DNA of 64,000 nt from Candidatus Dojkabacteria bacterium (GCA_035444565.1 DAOMOX010000001.1:450335-514334); one strand, 5' to 3'. Positions 29,224 to 39,341 are shown, numbered from the stretch's first letter. Numbers and translations are program-made. The notes: generated by a model not told the origin, from the sequence alone.

Positions 29224-30624
29224 ATGTTTGGGGAGGATTTAAATAATATTGGTAAAATGTTAGTTGGTTTTGCAGGAAGCCGAAGAGACTCTGCATGGAA
29301 TAAAATGAAGGAAGAAAGTTATGAGCGTGCTGGAGGTAGGATTACAGGTGTAGAACTACAAGAGTCTATAATTGCTTCAATTGAAAGACTGGTCCAAATA
29401 TCAAAAAAATATGAGGAATTTTCTCTCGATGATAATAACGGAAAGGAATATTTTGTTTTTGGTAACTCTGCCAGAACAATTTATGAATGGTTCACCTTTT
29501 ATATAGATAATTCAGTAAATGAATCAAGTGGAATATCTACAGTAATGTGGATCAATCTTATTGCGGAGACTGATGTTCTAGTGTTTCTAGAAGATAAATG
29601 GAGTAAAGGTCATATTTCTCCTTCTCCCATTAATGATGGGTTTTCATTGTATCAATATATCTCGTCAACTATAAATGAAGATGTTTCTTCAAACTTTGTA
29701 AATGTATATAACGAAGAACACGATAATATCATTCATTTCTTAGGGAGTAATAGATTGATTTATAAGCCATTGACTAGGGAATACCAAAGCACAAGGAATC
29801 CTGGCATACAAGATTTAAATTTCCCGTATTTTATAGACGAGAAAACAATATTTAAAGATTCTATGAAATACTCATTCTTTGTTATGCTTGATGATAAGGA
29901 TTTCGGGGAGCTGTACTCGGACGTTGTTGTTAAATACAAATCAGATAGATTCTGGGTTCTTGATTGTCCTTCAGTTAGATCTGTTGTAATTACTCCAAAT
30001 GGTGTCAACAATCTTATTCAGGATCCGCGACTCCTTGATTCGAATGCAAAACACGAAGCATTACATGCATATACTGATGCTCGTCTAGAAACTAGGCAAG
30101 ATTTAATGAGGTCGGGTCAATATTTATTGCCCAGATGGACTATAGAGGGTCTAGCAAATTTTGTGTCGGGTAGAGGGCGCGAAGAAGATGGATTCAGAGA
30201 GCGACAACTTCGGACCTTTAAAAAATTTGGGTTGAAAGAATTTGATGAAATAGCTAGTAATGATGATGAATATTATGAGTATTACACACTGTTAATGTAT
30301 TTCTTGTTATCCGCTATGACGTCTTGCTTCCATAGAGAGAATCAAATTAAATTAATTAAAAAAGATGATGATAGTAGAATATTAGAGGCTTTAATACTAC
30401 TTAGACTCTCCACTTTTAAAACTGAATTGCCAGCTAACGGTGACTTTAGAAATGAATTTATTAAAGATATTGTGATGAGCGTCTTTGCAGGATCTGAACA
30501 GGATTTTCGAAATTTGAGCTTTGAAAATTTGAAAGTATTGTTTAATGAGAATAAAGAGAAAATATTCAAGGGGTATTATGAAGACAACGAAGTAGTAATT
30601 GATTTAAATAAAGTTTCCAACTGA
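29224..30624 (+). CDS. HExxH zinc-metallopeptidase-like protein, paralog B
   Basis: KHEALHAY (HExxH) and WTIEGLANFV. It shares collinear blocks with paralog A (DRFWV.D...R..V.TPNG..NL..DP; Y.LP.W.IEGL; DGFRE.Q). Confidence 0.45.
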   Translation: MFGEDLNNIGKMLVGFAGSRRDSAWNKMKEESYERAGGRITGVELQESIIASIERLVQISKKYEEFSLDDNNGKEYFVFGNSARTIYEWFTFYIDNSVNESSGISTVMWINLIAETDVLVFLEDKWSKGHISPSPINDGFSLYQYISSTINEDVSSNFVNVYNEEHDNIIHFLGSNRLIYKPLTREYQSTRNPGIQDLNFPYFIDEKTIFKDSMKYSFFVMLDDKDFGELYSDVVVKYKSDRFWVLDCPSVRSVVITPNGVNNLIQDPRLLDSNAKHEALHAYTDARLETRQDLMRSGQYLLPRWTIEGLANFVSGRGREEDGFRERQLRTFKKFGLKEFDEIASNDDEYYEYYTLLMYFLLSAMTSCFHRENQIKLIKKDDDSRILEALILLRLSTFKTELPANGDFRNEFIKDIVMSVFAGSEQDFRNLSFENLKVLFNENKEKIFKGYYEDNEVVIDLNKVSN

Positions 30625-30735
30625 TTAAAATTAATAATGTTTATATAAGTAATTGTATAAATATGCCATTAGTAAAGTACCCATAGAGTATGTTTTTATC
30701 TATAATAAGATAATAAATCAGCTGAAGTTTGTATT

Positions 30736-30960
30736 TTGATAAAACTAATTCCAAACCCACTCAACAAAAATCAAAATTTCTCTGGATTGTTTCGAAAGGC
30801 AACCTTAATAGAGGAGACATTCAACATGACTAGAGCAATTCTGAGCCCTTTTGTTTATTTCCCGATAATATTCGCAGTTCTGGTTTACTTAAATTTCCCA
30901 TCACATTTAATCTTGGTGGTTTTATCTTTCTTTTTGTTTTGTATATTGAAAATCAATTAA
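30736..30960 (+). CDS. small membrane protein (possibly the N-terminal TM part of the next gene in another frame)
   Basis: 74 aa with 2 TM. It overlaps 30939..31982 by 22 nt. Confidence 0.25.
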   Translation: MIKLIPNPLNKNQNFSGLFRKATLIEETFNMTRAILSPFVYFPIIFAVLVYLNFPSHLILVVLSFFLFCILKIN

Positions 30961-31982
30961 TCGGTTTCTGGAAAATATCTGCTATCAATTCAGTCAAGGT
31001 AGAGGAACAAAATCCAAGTTATATAAAACTTTCGCTGATTGATATAAGGTTTCGATTTATAAATTCACTCACCTCATTATTAACGACAATATTTCTTTTA
31101 TTGTCTTTGTTTCTCTTTCTTCCATCTGTTGAAAGTCTCGAAATATTTATGAAACTGAATCAAACAAATGTTCCAGTGATGAAGCTATTATCATTTTTAC
31201 TGTTAATCCAAATTTCTGACGTGGTAGTCAAATATTTTGAATACGCACTATATAAAAATGTTCCACAAGATATTAATTTCGCCGAACTAAATAAGTCTTT
31301 CTCGTTGATACGGAAAAAGATTAAGATGGTTGAATTCCTACCTTTTTCCATTATTTTTATTACTGTTTTATACTACATGGGATTGCCTAAAAATATTCTC
31401 TTAGTAATTGTCGGGGTTTTTTTATTAACGATTATTCTTGGATTCATTGAAATATATAGACTAAAGAATGCAAATTTGGACAATTTGTCTACTCCTGAAA
31501 TTGGACTTCAAGATGTTATCGATGAGTCTGAGAAAGTAATATATTCAATATTTGGAGTTATGAACACGAAAAGAACAGGAACTGCATTTCTTGGCGTAGG
31601 AAAGATGAACAAACCGGAGAATTCGTTGATAGTTACAAACAAAAGACTACTTTTAGTAGAAGTTCCAATTGCAGGGAATAGCAAAATAGTTGACGAAATT
31701 AATTACAGCGATATGAATTTCTATTGGAATAGGGGTGAAATCATAAAAAATGGAAATGAATTATTAAATAGACATACACTATCGGAAATTGTTAAGAAGT
31801 ATGGTGTGAAGTCATTTAAGTTTGAGGATATTAAAATACTTGAACTTAATAAAATGCTGATTAAAATTGAAACCACTTTGGACGAAAAAGCAGAATATTT
31901 ATTTATGGATAGGGAACATATTGATCCACTTTCTAAACATCTCTCAAAATTATTAGGTGCGAATTTTATTGTTGAGGCTTGA
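30939..31982 (+). CDS. membrane protein with a C-terminal bacterial PH (bPH_2/YdbT-like) domain
   Basis: 4 TM, then SLIVTNKRLLLVEVPIAGNSKIVDEINYSDM (the TNKRL.. strand typical of bPH domains). Confidence 0.4.
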   Translation: MYIENQLIGFWKISAINSVKVEEQNPSYIKLSLIDIRFRFINSLTSLLTTIFLLLSLFLFLPSVESLEIFMKLNQTNVPVMKLLSFLLLIQISDVVVKYFEYALYKNVPQDINFAELNKSFSLIRKKIKMVEFLPFSIIFITVLYYMGLPKNILLVIVGVFLLTIILGFIEIYRLKNANLDNLSTPEIGLQDVIDESEKVIYSIFGVMNTKRTGTAFLGVGKMNKPENSLIVTNKRLLLVEVPIAGNSKIVDEINYSDMNFYWNRGEIIKNGNELLNRHTLSEIVKKYGVKSFKFEDIKILELNKMLIKIETTLDEKAEYLFMDREHIDPLSKHLSKLLGANFIVEA

Positions 31983-32029
31983 TAAGAAACGAATCCAAGT
32001 ATTCTCAAGAAATTTTGAGTGAGCTCAGT

Positions 32030-32812
32030 TTAGACACTTCTCAAGCTTGCTACGATTTTATCGCATTCTTGTAGGCCAGTTTCCGTATCGGCTGTGCAAT
32101 ATATGGAAAGTGTTGCTACACTTTCTATATTGAGGAATGAATCACCACATGGAGCGGACACTGATTCTCCTGTGGATGCGAAATATAATCCTTCGCAGGT
32201 TCCGGAAGTCTTGAAATTACTTCCGTTAACATAAGTATAGGTATTACTACCTCTTTCTGAGGTTAAATTGCTTGTTTGAACACGATATATTTTCCCATAG
32301 TATAGATTTTCAAACCAATTATATTCTCCTACATAACCTGTCCCACCGTATCCTTCGTCTTCGTACTCCTCTTTTATAATTAAAGTAAAGTCCTCACCCT
32401 CAACAAATCCACTATTAGATTCAGTATATGATAGCGGATCTAATTTGACTGACCATTCTGCACTTACTGGTTTTGTTAGTTCATACTTTTTTAGTCTAAC
32501 CGAATTGTCTACTCCTGGTAAATCTACACTGATCTTCTCTGTTGGTACAGAGGTTGGGGTAGTGAGCATTTCTTCGATGATTGTGGGTTGAGTTTTGGTG
32601 GGGTTAATTGATGCAGGCTCATTTGTAGTAAGGTTTATACTTTCGGGTTCATATATTTCCTTAAAGTAGATATATGCTCCAAAAATGAAAAGTGTAATCA
32701 GAAGTAAAATTGCTAAAATAATTACTGCAAATGATTTAGGATTGTTGTTACTCTGTATATAAGTCTCGTCCACAGATGGGGGAGTTGGTTGATTGTTATC
32801 TTCTATATTCAT
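32030..32812 (-). CDS. membrane-anchored extracytoplasmic protein with the conserved C-terminal 4-Cys domain
   Basis: TM, a P/T linker, and ...SGTCEGLYFASTGESVSAPCGDSF...IYCTADTETGLQECDKIVASL. This is a paralogous module to the ends of 20074..20862 and 32870..34642. Confidence 0.5.
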   Translation of the reverse strand: MNIEDNNQPTPPSVDETYIQSNNNPKSFAVIILAILLLITLFIFGAYIYFKEIYEPESINLTTNEPASINPTKTQPTIIEEMLTTPTSVPTEKISVDLPGVDNSVRLKKYELTKPVSAEWSVKLDPLSYTESNSGFVEGEDFTLIIKEEYEDEGYGGTGYVGEYNWFENLYYGKIYRVQTSNLTSERGSNTYTYVNGSNFKTSGTCEGLYFASTGESVSAPCGDSFLNIESVATLSIYCTADTETGLQECDKIVASLRSV

Positions 32813-32869
32813 AATTTTTATTTAAATATTATTAGATATATTAATTAATATATTAGACTTCATAAATAT

Positions 32870-34642
32870 TTATTTTGCAATTGATAGATTGTTGATTATC
32901 TCTTTGCATGTTTTGGTGGCTTTCTCAGGAGTAGTTTTTACTTCACAAGAGATTGTCAGAAACCTAGGACCCTCAGCTGTTTCGAATTTGTAAGAAGTGT
33001 CCACGCAAGGTGATTGTATGGGGTTGCCCAAAAAGTCTTTACAGTCACTTTTCTTGTAATTTCTTGAGTCCGTGAAATAGTAAATAAACTTAGCAGCATA
33101 TTCATGCATCAAAATATTTCCTAGGTATTCGGTATCAATCTCCTCAGGTATCCAATTGGAATAACTAAAGCCATTTTCATACCATTCATTTATTGAGAAT
33201 ACCATATCTTCTGATTCAATTTTAATACTAGCTCGTTCTATATTACTATTGTTCTCGTTTTGTAATCCTTCTGGTAACGTTCCTTCTACAATTATTGCTT
33301 CTCTTCGACTTCCTCCATACTCAGAATCATATACTATTCCGGAGTATGAGTTTTCTGTCGGAATTGTTAAGCGATGTGTTGGCGTAGGCATTACATTTGT
33401 ATCAGTAGGTTGTACAGGTATTGTAGGATTTAAGGATTTCAATCTAAAATAATTTATGTCTTGTATCCATAATACTTCAGCTACTTCAGTCTTTTGTGTG
33501 AAACCACTTACTTCAAGCTCTTTTCCTAATAGAAACTTTCCAATAATAGTAGGTTTTCTTGTTATCTTATCGAAAAGAAAATTACCATCTAAGATATATT
33601 CTTTATTTTCTGTTGAAAAAATTGGGGTGATTATATCCTCACCTGGATTTCTGAGTTCGAATTTCCCATTTCCCAAGTTAATAATCGAAGAAGAAGGGGA
33701 CGTGTTTTTATTAATTGGTTCTAATTGATCTATATATTGACTAAATTCGAAGATGTTATTTGCTTCATCTATAGAAATAATTTCAAACTCATTATAGGTT
33801 TCGATTTGGCTATCTTGTAATGAACTAAACGTGCTAGACGATTCGTTGGATATTGGCAAGTAAGTTTCTTTATCTATGGTAATAACTGCTTCATAGATAG
33901 TCTCGACACGCTTTGTGGCTCCATTAGCCTCTCTTGTGAGTGCTATTCCTGGATAAGTGAAGGTAATTACAAAGACTTCTCGATTGTTAATTTTGTCTTC
34001 TTTTAACTTGTACTGCGAAGATTCTCCTTGTAATAAGTAGTCATAAAAACCCACCAATGATTTTAGCTGTGATCTATGCTCAATCGAAATCATTTCTTCC
34101 GAAAGGTTTCTCCAGTTTGATGTACTACCGTAACTATAACTGTATTCATTTATCCCGTCACTGAAGGTCGCAAATTTTTGAGGGCTGAAATCACGATAAG
34201 ACTTCCCCGGTACCATTTCTGTCGGTAGTAATGTATCTGATTTGGAAACATCATAACGGATTAGATATTTCTCGTCTTGATTAGAAACATAACCCTCTAC
34301 GTCAAAATTGTCATATTCCTCAAAGTCGGTGACAGTTTTGATATTGTAAGAATAATGAAGGATTCCCGGTTTCGCTAACATTTCTTTGAGAGTTTGTTGT
34401 GTTTTTTGTATTACTTCCATTGCGGATACAGGTTTCACCACTTTTCTTTGTTGTTCTTCCGGAAGGAAGAAGACTCCAATTCCAACAACAAAAATTACAA
34501 AAAGGGTTAGTGCAAACTTATAGAATATCCCAAGTCCAGGAGATTTTTCTGGCTTGATTTTTTGTAATACTATTTTGTCGAGTCTGGTTTCTTCATTTTT
34601 ATCTAATTTATTATTGTTCATGAATTGATTTAGATTTTCCAT
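32870..34642 (-). CDS. putative single-pass anti-sigma factor / envelope sensor, with the C-terminal 4-Cys domain
   Basis: It lies immediately downstream of the ECF sigma gene (10-nt gap). It has a short cytoplasmic N-terminus, one TM, and a ~520-aa extracytoplasmic region ending ..CKDFLGNPIQSPCVD...ISCEVKTTPEKATKTCKEIINNL. Confidence 0.45.
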   Translation of the reverse strand: MENLNQFMNNNKLDKNEETRLDKIVLQKIKPEKSPGLGIFYKFALTLFVIFVVGIGVFFLPEEQQRKVVKPVSAMEVIQKTQQTLKEMLAKPGILHYSYNIKTVTDFEEYDNFDVEGYVSNQDEKYLIRYDVSKSDTLLPTEMVPGKSYRDFSPQKFATFSDGINEYSYSYGSTSNWRNLSEEMISIEHRSQLKSLVGFYDYLLQGESSQYKLKEDKINNREVFVITFTYPGIALTREANGATKRVETIYEAVITIDKETYLPISNESSSTFSSLQDSQIETYNEFEIISIDEANNIFEFSQYIDQLEPINKNTSPSSSIINLGNGKFELRNPGEDIITPIFSTENKEYILDGNFLFDKITRKPTIIGKFLLGKELEVSGFTQKTEVAEVLWIQDINYFRLKSLNPTIPVQPTDTNVMPTPTHRLTIPTENSYSGIVYDSEYGGSRREAIIVEGTLPEGLQNENNSNIERASIKIESEDMVFSINEWYENGFSYSNWIPEEIDTEYLGNILMHEYAAKFIYYFTDSRNYKKSDCKDFLGNPIQSPCVDTSYKFETAEGPRFLTISCEVKTTPEKATKTCKEIINNLSIAK

Positions 34643-34652
34643 AATTAGATAT

Positions 34653-35156
34653 TTAATTAATAAAGGTTTGTAATTTATTTATCACTCTATGATGCATAAC
34701 TCTGGCATTTGTTTCACTCATATTTAATACAGAAGCACACTCTGCAAAGTTTAAATTATTCATATATTTAAGTAATAGAAGTTCTTTTTCAATTTCCTTG
34801 AGTTTACTAAATAGGTCTTTTAGCGAGAATTTATTAATCAATGCTGAATCAGAATTATCTTCGATTTCTTCTACATTGTAGTTTTCGATTTCGAAAGAAT
34901 GATCAAATATGGAATTGTCTTTATAGGACTTTCTATAATAATCATTAATTTTGTGTCTACAAATTGCAAAAAGCCATGTTTTATATGTGGATTGTCCTCG
35001 GAAATTATCAAGATTTACCCACGCAGACAAAAATGTCTCTGCAGTTATATCCAGTGCATCTTCCCTTGAATTGGTTTTCGCCAGAGTAAACAAGAAGATG
35101 CTTTGCTTATTCTCTTTATAAAAATCTTCAAAAATCTGTTTTTTGTTTTTCATCAA
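34653..35156 (-). CDS. ECF (group IV) sigma-70 factor
   Basis: Region 2 is DITAETFLSAWVNLDNFRG.STYKTWLFAICRHKINDYYR. Region 4 is LLLLKYMNNLNFAECASVLNMSETNARVMHHRVINKLQ. Confidence 0.85.
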   Translation of the reverse strand: MMKNKKQIFEDFYKENKQSIFLFTLAKTNSREDALDITAETFLSAWVNLDNFRGQSTYKTWLFAICRHKINDYYRKSYKDNSIFDHSFEIENYNVEEIEDNSDSALINKFSLKDLFSKLKEIEKELLLLKYMNNLNFAECASVLNMSETNARVMHHRVINKLQTFIN

Positions 35157-35206
35157 AATTGATTTATTACTAAGGTAGTCGAAAGAGCGTTACAAAACTA
35201 GTTAAC

Positions 35207-35710
35207 TTATTTGAGTTTTCTAACAAAAATCCAATTACGACCAAATAACATATAAATTGAATATGAAAACAACAGAATGATAAATATGGTGATAAATTTT
35301 GAGGGGAATATTGCAAAAAAGTTAGAAATTACTGTGAAAATTGTATTATAAAGCTCACGAACTAATAAAGCAGATATTAGAGTCCCCAAACTTATTGAGT
35401 GAAACACATAAACTAAGTTTACGAATGTACGTTTTAATACTTCGATGATCCATGCACTAAATGTGTATTGCGCTTTACGTCTTTTGGGTCCTTTCGGACC
35501 ACGAATCCATCTGCTTGAGAAGAAAATTATTAGGATAATTAAATAGGTGTAAACAATTCCAAGTCCAGTATATACATCATTAATAATGCTCCAAAATAAT
35601 ATAGAGAATATTAATAAATGGATGCGGAGAAAGAATAACGTGAGTCCATAATCTATCAGAAGAGTCACAACTTTGTGAGCTAAAGGTTTGTTTCCTAATG
35701 TATCAATCAT
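35207..35710 (-). CDS. polytopic membrane protein, hypothetical
   Basis: 167 aa with 4-5 TM. Confidence 0.4.
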   Translation of the reverse strand: MIDTLGNKPLAHKVVTLLIDYGLTLFFLRIHLLIFSILFWSIINDVYTGLGIVYTYLIILIIFFSSRWIRGPKGPKRRKAQYTFSAWIIEVLKRTFVNLVYVFHSISLGTLISALLVRELYNTIFTVISNFFAIFPSKFITIFIILLFSYSIYMLFGRNWIFVRKLK

Positions 35711-36444
35711 CTGTCAAAATTTATCCATTTGCGGAAAAATAGGACTCGTATTATGTAGATTATTAGAGGACCAACCAATAGTGATACAATTCTTGATGCA
35801 TTTTCGACATCAATTGTTGTGTAGTCGAAAGTCTCTAAAAAAAGCCCAAAACCGAATAAGAGTATACTTATAAATATAAATGATAGAATGCGCCTTCCTG
35901 CTGAATTCTCCAAGTTGGTCTTGAGGATTACTGTTACACCTACACTCACCAGAAACACAAAAATCGGCAAAATAATAAAGAGAATAAAGAAGTAAAACTG
36001 TATTACATCCGGAAGCAAATCAGTAATTTGTCTATTAATTTCGGAGCCAAATTGTTTCTCAAAAAAGGTAACTACTAATGCTGTTAATGAGGCAGAGTAG
36101 AGGAAATAGAATATATACTTGAGTGATTTTAAAAAGATTTCTATAGACCAATCGTCGTATGTTAATCTTTTCGATGGGCCTCTCCGTGCTTTTTCTTTGC
36201 TGAGATAGTAACCAACTAGTAAAAACAAAATTGTAAAGAATGAGGAAATCAAACTAATCTCTGTACTAAATAAACCGTTCTTTAAATATGTGAGTAATGT
36301 AATGGTTATGCTTCCCATTATTGGTATAGAAACGAACATGAAAGTGTAGTCTGAAGTCTGTGAAATCAAATCTATAATCTTTCCACTTCTTAGAATTTCG
36401 GACAATCTTTTAAAGAAGGTTACTTGATTAGCATTGGGTTCCAT
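35707..36444 (-). CDS. polytopic membrane protein, hypothetical
   Basis: 245 aa with 6 TM. It overlaps the downstream gene by 4 nt. Confidence 0.4.
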   Translation of the reverse strand: MEPNANQVTFFKRLSEILRSGKIIDLISQTSDYTFMFVSIPIMGSITITLLTYLKNGLFSTEISLISSFFTILFLLVGYYLSKEKARRGPSKRLTYDDWSIEIFLKSLKYIFYFLYSASLTALVVTFFEKQFGSEINRQITDLLPDVIQFYFFILFIILPIFVFLVSVGVTVILKTNLENSAGRRILSFIFISILLFGFGLFLETFDYTTIDVENASRIVSLLVGPLIIYIIRVLFFRKWINFDR

Positions 36445-36446
36445 AT

Positions 36447-37211
36447 TTATTCACTTTTCTCAAGTAGACATTGTTGAAGTTCTTGGGTCATTGTCCAACC
36501 ACATTCGCCATTTGATTGTCGTGCACATTCTGCATTTATATAGCATGCATATTCTTCTCGGTAAGCACAGTCAGTGATTACGTCCTCATCATCTGAACAT
36601 ATTTGACCGCTACAACCACCTATTTTACAACCATCTTTCACTTGTACTGTTTTGAAGCTCACGTAAACTTCTTCTACCTTGTTGTTCTCGGGCATGCCTG
36701 ATGGATTTGCTTTCTCGAAAACTAAAACGCCAGAGTCAGGAAGATTTTCACCCTCAAACTCTAAAGTAGCTTCAAAAGGCACGAAATCCTCGGTCATCCA
36801 TTCAGCACCATCGGTTGTGGTAATTGTAGCAGAGCTGATTTCATTTCCCTCGAGATCTGTAAGGACGACTCTGAATGAACCTTCCCAAAACCAAGTCCCA
36901 GGTGCTTCACCATTTATATCTAATGGACTTTGTATGTATTGATCGGGTAGTGGATTAAACACTTTGATTTCGCCTGTTGGTAACGGTTCTGGTGAAACAG
37001 GCGGAACAGATGTATCAACGAAAGTCCGTCCGTCTGGAGTCATACATTGCTGAGGATAGATATCAAGAATAGGAAAGTTCCATTCCACGCATTCCTCAAA
37101 ACTATTAATTTTCGAAATAGAAAATTGCCTATATCCATAGTAAAGCCCTAGGAAAATCAATACAAAAGCGAGGAAAACTAAAGGAACTAGAAATACTAGA
37201 TATTTTTTCAT
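36447..37211 (-). CDS. secreted/membrane-anchored Cys-rich protein
   Basis: N-terminal TM. The C-terminus has 10+ Cys (CKIGGCSGQICSDDEDVITDCAYREEYACYINAECARQSNGECGWT). Confidence 0.45.
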   Translation of the reverse strand: MKKYLVFLVPLVFLAFVLIFLGLYYGYRQFSISKINSFEECVEWNFPILDIYPQQCMTPDGRTFVDTSVPPVSPEPLPTGEIKVFNPLPDQYIQSPLDINGEAPGTWFWEGSFRVVLTDLEGNEISSATITTTDGAEWMTEDFVPFEATLEFEGENLPDSGVLVFEKANPSGMPENNKVEEVYVSFKTVQVKDGCKIGGCSGQICSDDEDVITDCAYREEYACYINAECARQSNGECGWTMTQELQQCLLEKSE

Positions 37212-37272
37212 ATGAGTATGATAACTAATACTAAAGTATAGTAAAAATAGAGGATGAATGCGATAGAACTCT

Positions 37273-38004
37273 TTATTTGCTATAAATTACACTAGGTGCA
37301 TTACCTTTGAAATTGTATGCATTCTCAGTGATTGTAAGTTTTTCAGTATCTAGCCCTGTGACGCTTTTTACTATTGTTTCGGTAGCAATCGTTAAAGCTT
37401 TGTTTGCTTGGTCGGCGGGTAGTCCTAGTCGGTTTATCTCAATAGATTCTGTGTCTAAGCTCAATTCATTATTTGTGATTTCAGTTTTTGCTTTTAGGTA
37501 AAAAGCTGGATTAGATCCTAATTTCTCAATCCAGTTTAAACCTTTGTCAACATTCTCCTCGGAGTATCCACCATATCCGGCAATACTCGCGAAATTCTTT
37601 AATTTACTGGTTATAAGGTTTCCGGAAACTTCGATAATCCCTCCATCTGAAAATTTAACTTGTACATTCTCAACTGGCATGGAAGACCAGTTTGAATAAT
37701 TAATTCTTGCCGAAATTTCGCTATTTGAGAAAGACATGTCATATGGTTTAGGTGATGTGAAGACTATTCCTGGTCCAGTTTGTAATTCTTCGGGCGCTTT
37801 ATCAAACGAAAGTACTTGTGATTCGGTTTTTGCCATGAATTCATCATAATCTTCCTCGGTATATGTGACTCCGAGGTCCTTTGGTTTTGTAACATTAAAG
37901 AAATCTCCAGGCATTGGAATGATTCCGAAATAACCCAGGAGTAGGATTCCACCGACAGTAAGTAAGACTACAAAAACAAGGAGAATAGTTAGGGACTTTT
38001 TCAT
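37273..38004 (-). CDS. membrane-anchored extracytoplasmic protein, hypothetical (first gene of the operon ending in the ECF sigma cluster)
   Basis: N-terminal TM with a soluble beta-rich domain. Confidence 0.45.
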   Translation of the reverse strand: MKKSLTILLVFVVLLTVGGILLLGYFGIIPMPGDFFNVTKPKDLGVTYTEEDYDEFMAKTESQVLSFDKAPEELQTGPGIVFTSPKPYDMSFSNSEISARINYSNWSSMPVENVQVKFSDGGIIEVSGNLITSKLKNFASIAGYGGYSEENVDKGLNWIEKLGSNPAFYLKAKTEITNNELSLDTESIEINRLGLPADQANKALTIATETIVKSVTGLDTEKLTITENAYNFKGNAPSVIYSK

Positions 38005-38074
38005 CTATCGTCAATAATAGATTAAATATGAAATTTGATTGTACTATATCACTAAATGTGTAAAACGGAAAGAC

Positions 38075-38310
38075 ACCGGATAGTCACTCCGTGCTTCACT
38101 TACCATACCAGAAGAGGATCGCTGCCTCCGCTGTCTCTCCGGGGTTTAACCGCGGAGTCCCGTTATTATTCTCACATCAACTTATAGGATAAACGGGATC
38201 CCGTGCTTCCCTCCCTTCCGGCAGGGCAGGCAACCACGGGATGACCTCAGGGGTCGCTTTCGCCATCCACTTATCCTACCGTAAGGGAGGGACCGCGGAG
38301 TCCCGTAAAT
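38075..38310. repeat. GC-rich double-hairpin repeat element cluster, locus 1
   Basis: Copies of module B (gtctctccGGGGtttaaCCGCGGAGtcccgttattattctcac..aacttatagg) and of module A with an inserted segment (gatCCCGTGcttccctcccttccggcagggcaggcaacCACGGGatgacctcagggg). Confidence 0.6.
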
Positions 38311-38382
38311 CCCACAAGTAGTAATTGTAATAACAACCTCATAGTTATATATTATTATTACCTACTTTTTATCAATATAAAT

Positions 38383-39042
38383 ATGAATAAATCGTTAAGT
38401 TTATTCTTTGTCGCTTTGTTTTCCACAATCCTAGTATTGCCCGTAAGTGCTATAGCTCCAACAAGGCCTACGGAAAGGGCAACAGTTCAGCAAACTCAGG
38501 CTCCCAAACCCACAAAACCTACTGATGAAGAGAAGTTGCTTTTAAAAGAGGAGAGAGAGGCGAAAATCCAGGAACTACAATGTGAAGCAGCAAAAACTCG
38601 AACTGAATCACAAAAAAAGATATATGAAGCACAACAGTTAAGATATGGGAATAGATACGTTAATATGTTAACTAGACTAAACAGTTTATTGGAAAAGTTG
38701 GATGAGCGTGAAATTGACGCTTTGGACTTACCAGAATATGTGAGTGAACTTACTACAATGGTGGAGGGATTTAATTTAGAATTGAAAGCTCTTATAGGAA
38801 AATTTGACGAGATGAGACCAGTAACTTGCGAAACTTCTGGTGAGGAATATGTGAAAATTCTTAGAGAAGCAAAAACAGAAAGTGCGCAGTTAAGAACCCA
38901 ATCTAGAGAAATTAATCAATATTTCTTGAACACAATTCTTCCTGAATTGAAGAGAGTAAGGGCTCAGGCCGAAGAAACAGTAACAACTCCAACTGAAGAA
39001 GTTGAAGTAGAACCTACAGAGACAAATATTTTAAATAATTAA
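38383..39042 (+). CDS. secreted coiled-coil protein, hypothetical
   Basis: Signal peptide, a Pro/Thr-rich segment, and long heptad-like helices. Confidence 0.45.
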   Translation: MNKSLSLFFVALFSTILVLPVSAIAPTRPTERATVQQTQAPKPTKPTDEEKLLLKEEREAKIQELQCEAAKTRTESQKKIYEAQQLRYGNRYVNMLTRLNSLLEKLDEREIDALDLPEYVSELTTMVEGFNLELKALIGKFDEMRPVTCETSGEEYVKILREAKTESAQLRTQSREINQYFLNTILPELKRVRAQAEETVTTPTEEVEVEPTETNILNN

Positions 39043-39050
39043 TTTTAAAT

Positions 39051-39341
39051 ATGAGTAATAAAAATATCGCAATATTAGTAATCTTCTTCTTGTTTATCGC
39101 AGCTATGGTTGGAGTAGTGATGTATATGATGCGAGATGTGATTGTCGAGACGGAGAGTAGTAATCAAAATCAAGTTGAGCCAACAGTAGTAGTGGAAGAA
39201 GTAGACCAGACTGAACCCACAATCGAGACAACCATCCCACCAGAAGAAGATGCTTCTAAAAGTATCGATGATACTATAAATGAAATAGAGAAAGGGTTAG
39301 ACGATTTGGACGTCGATAACGATTTACCCGAGGTAAATTAA
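39051..39341 (+). CDS. small membrane-anchored acidic protein, hypothetical
   Basis: One TM and an E/D/T-rich tail. Confidence 0.4.
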   Translation: MSNKNIAILVIFFLFIAAMVGVVMYMMRDVIVETESSNQNQVEPTVVVEEVDQTEPTIETTIPPEEDASKSIDDTINEIEKGLDDLDVDNDLPEVN

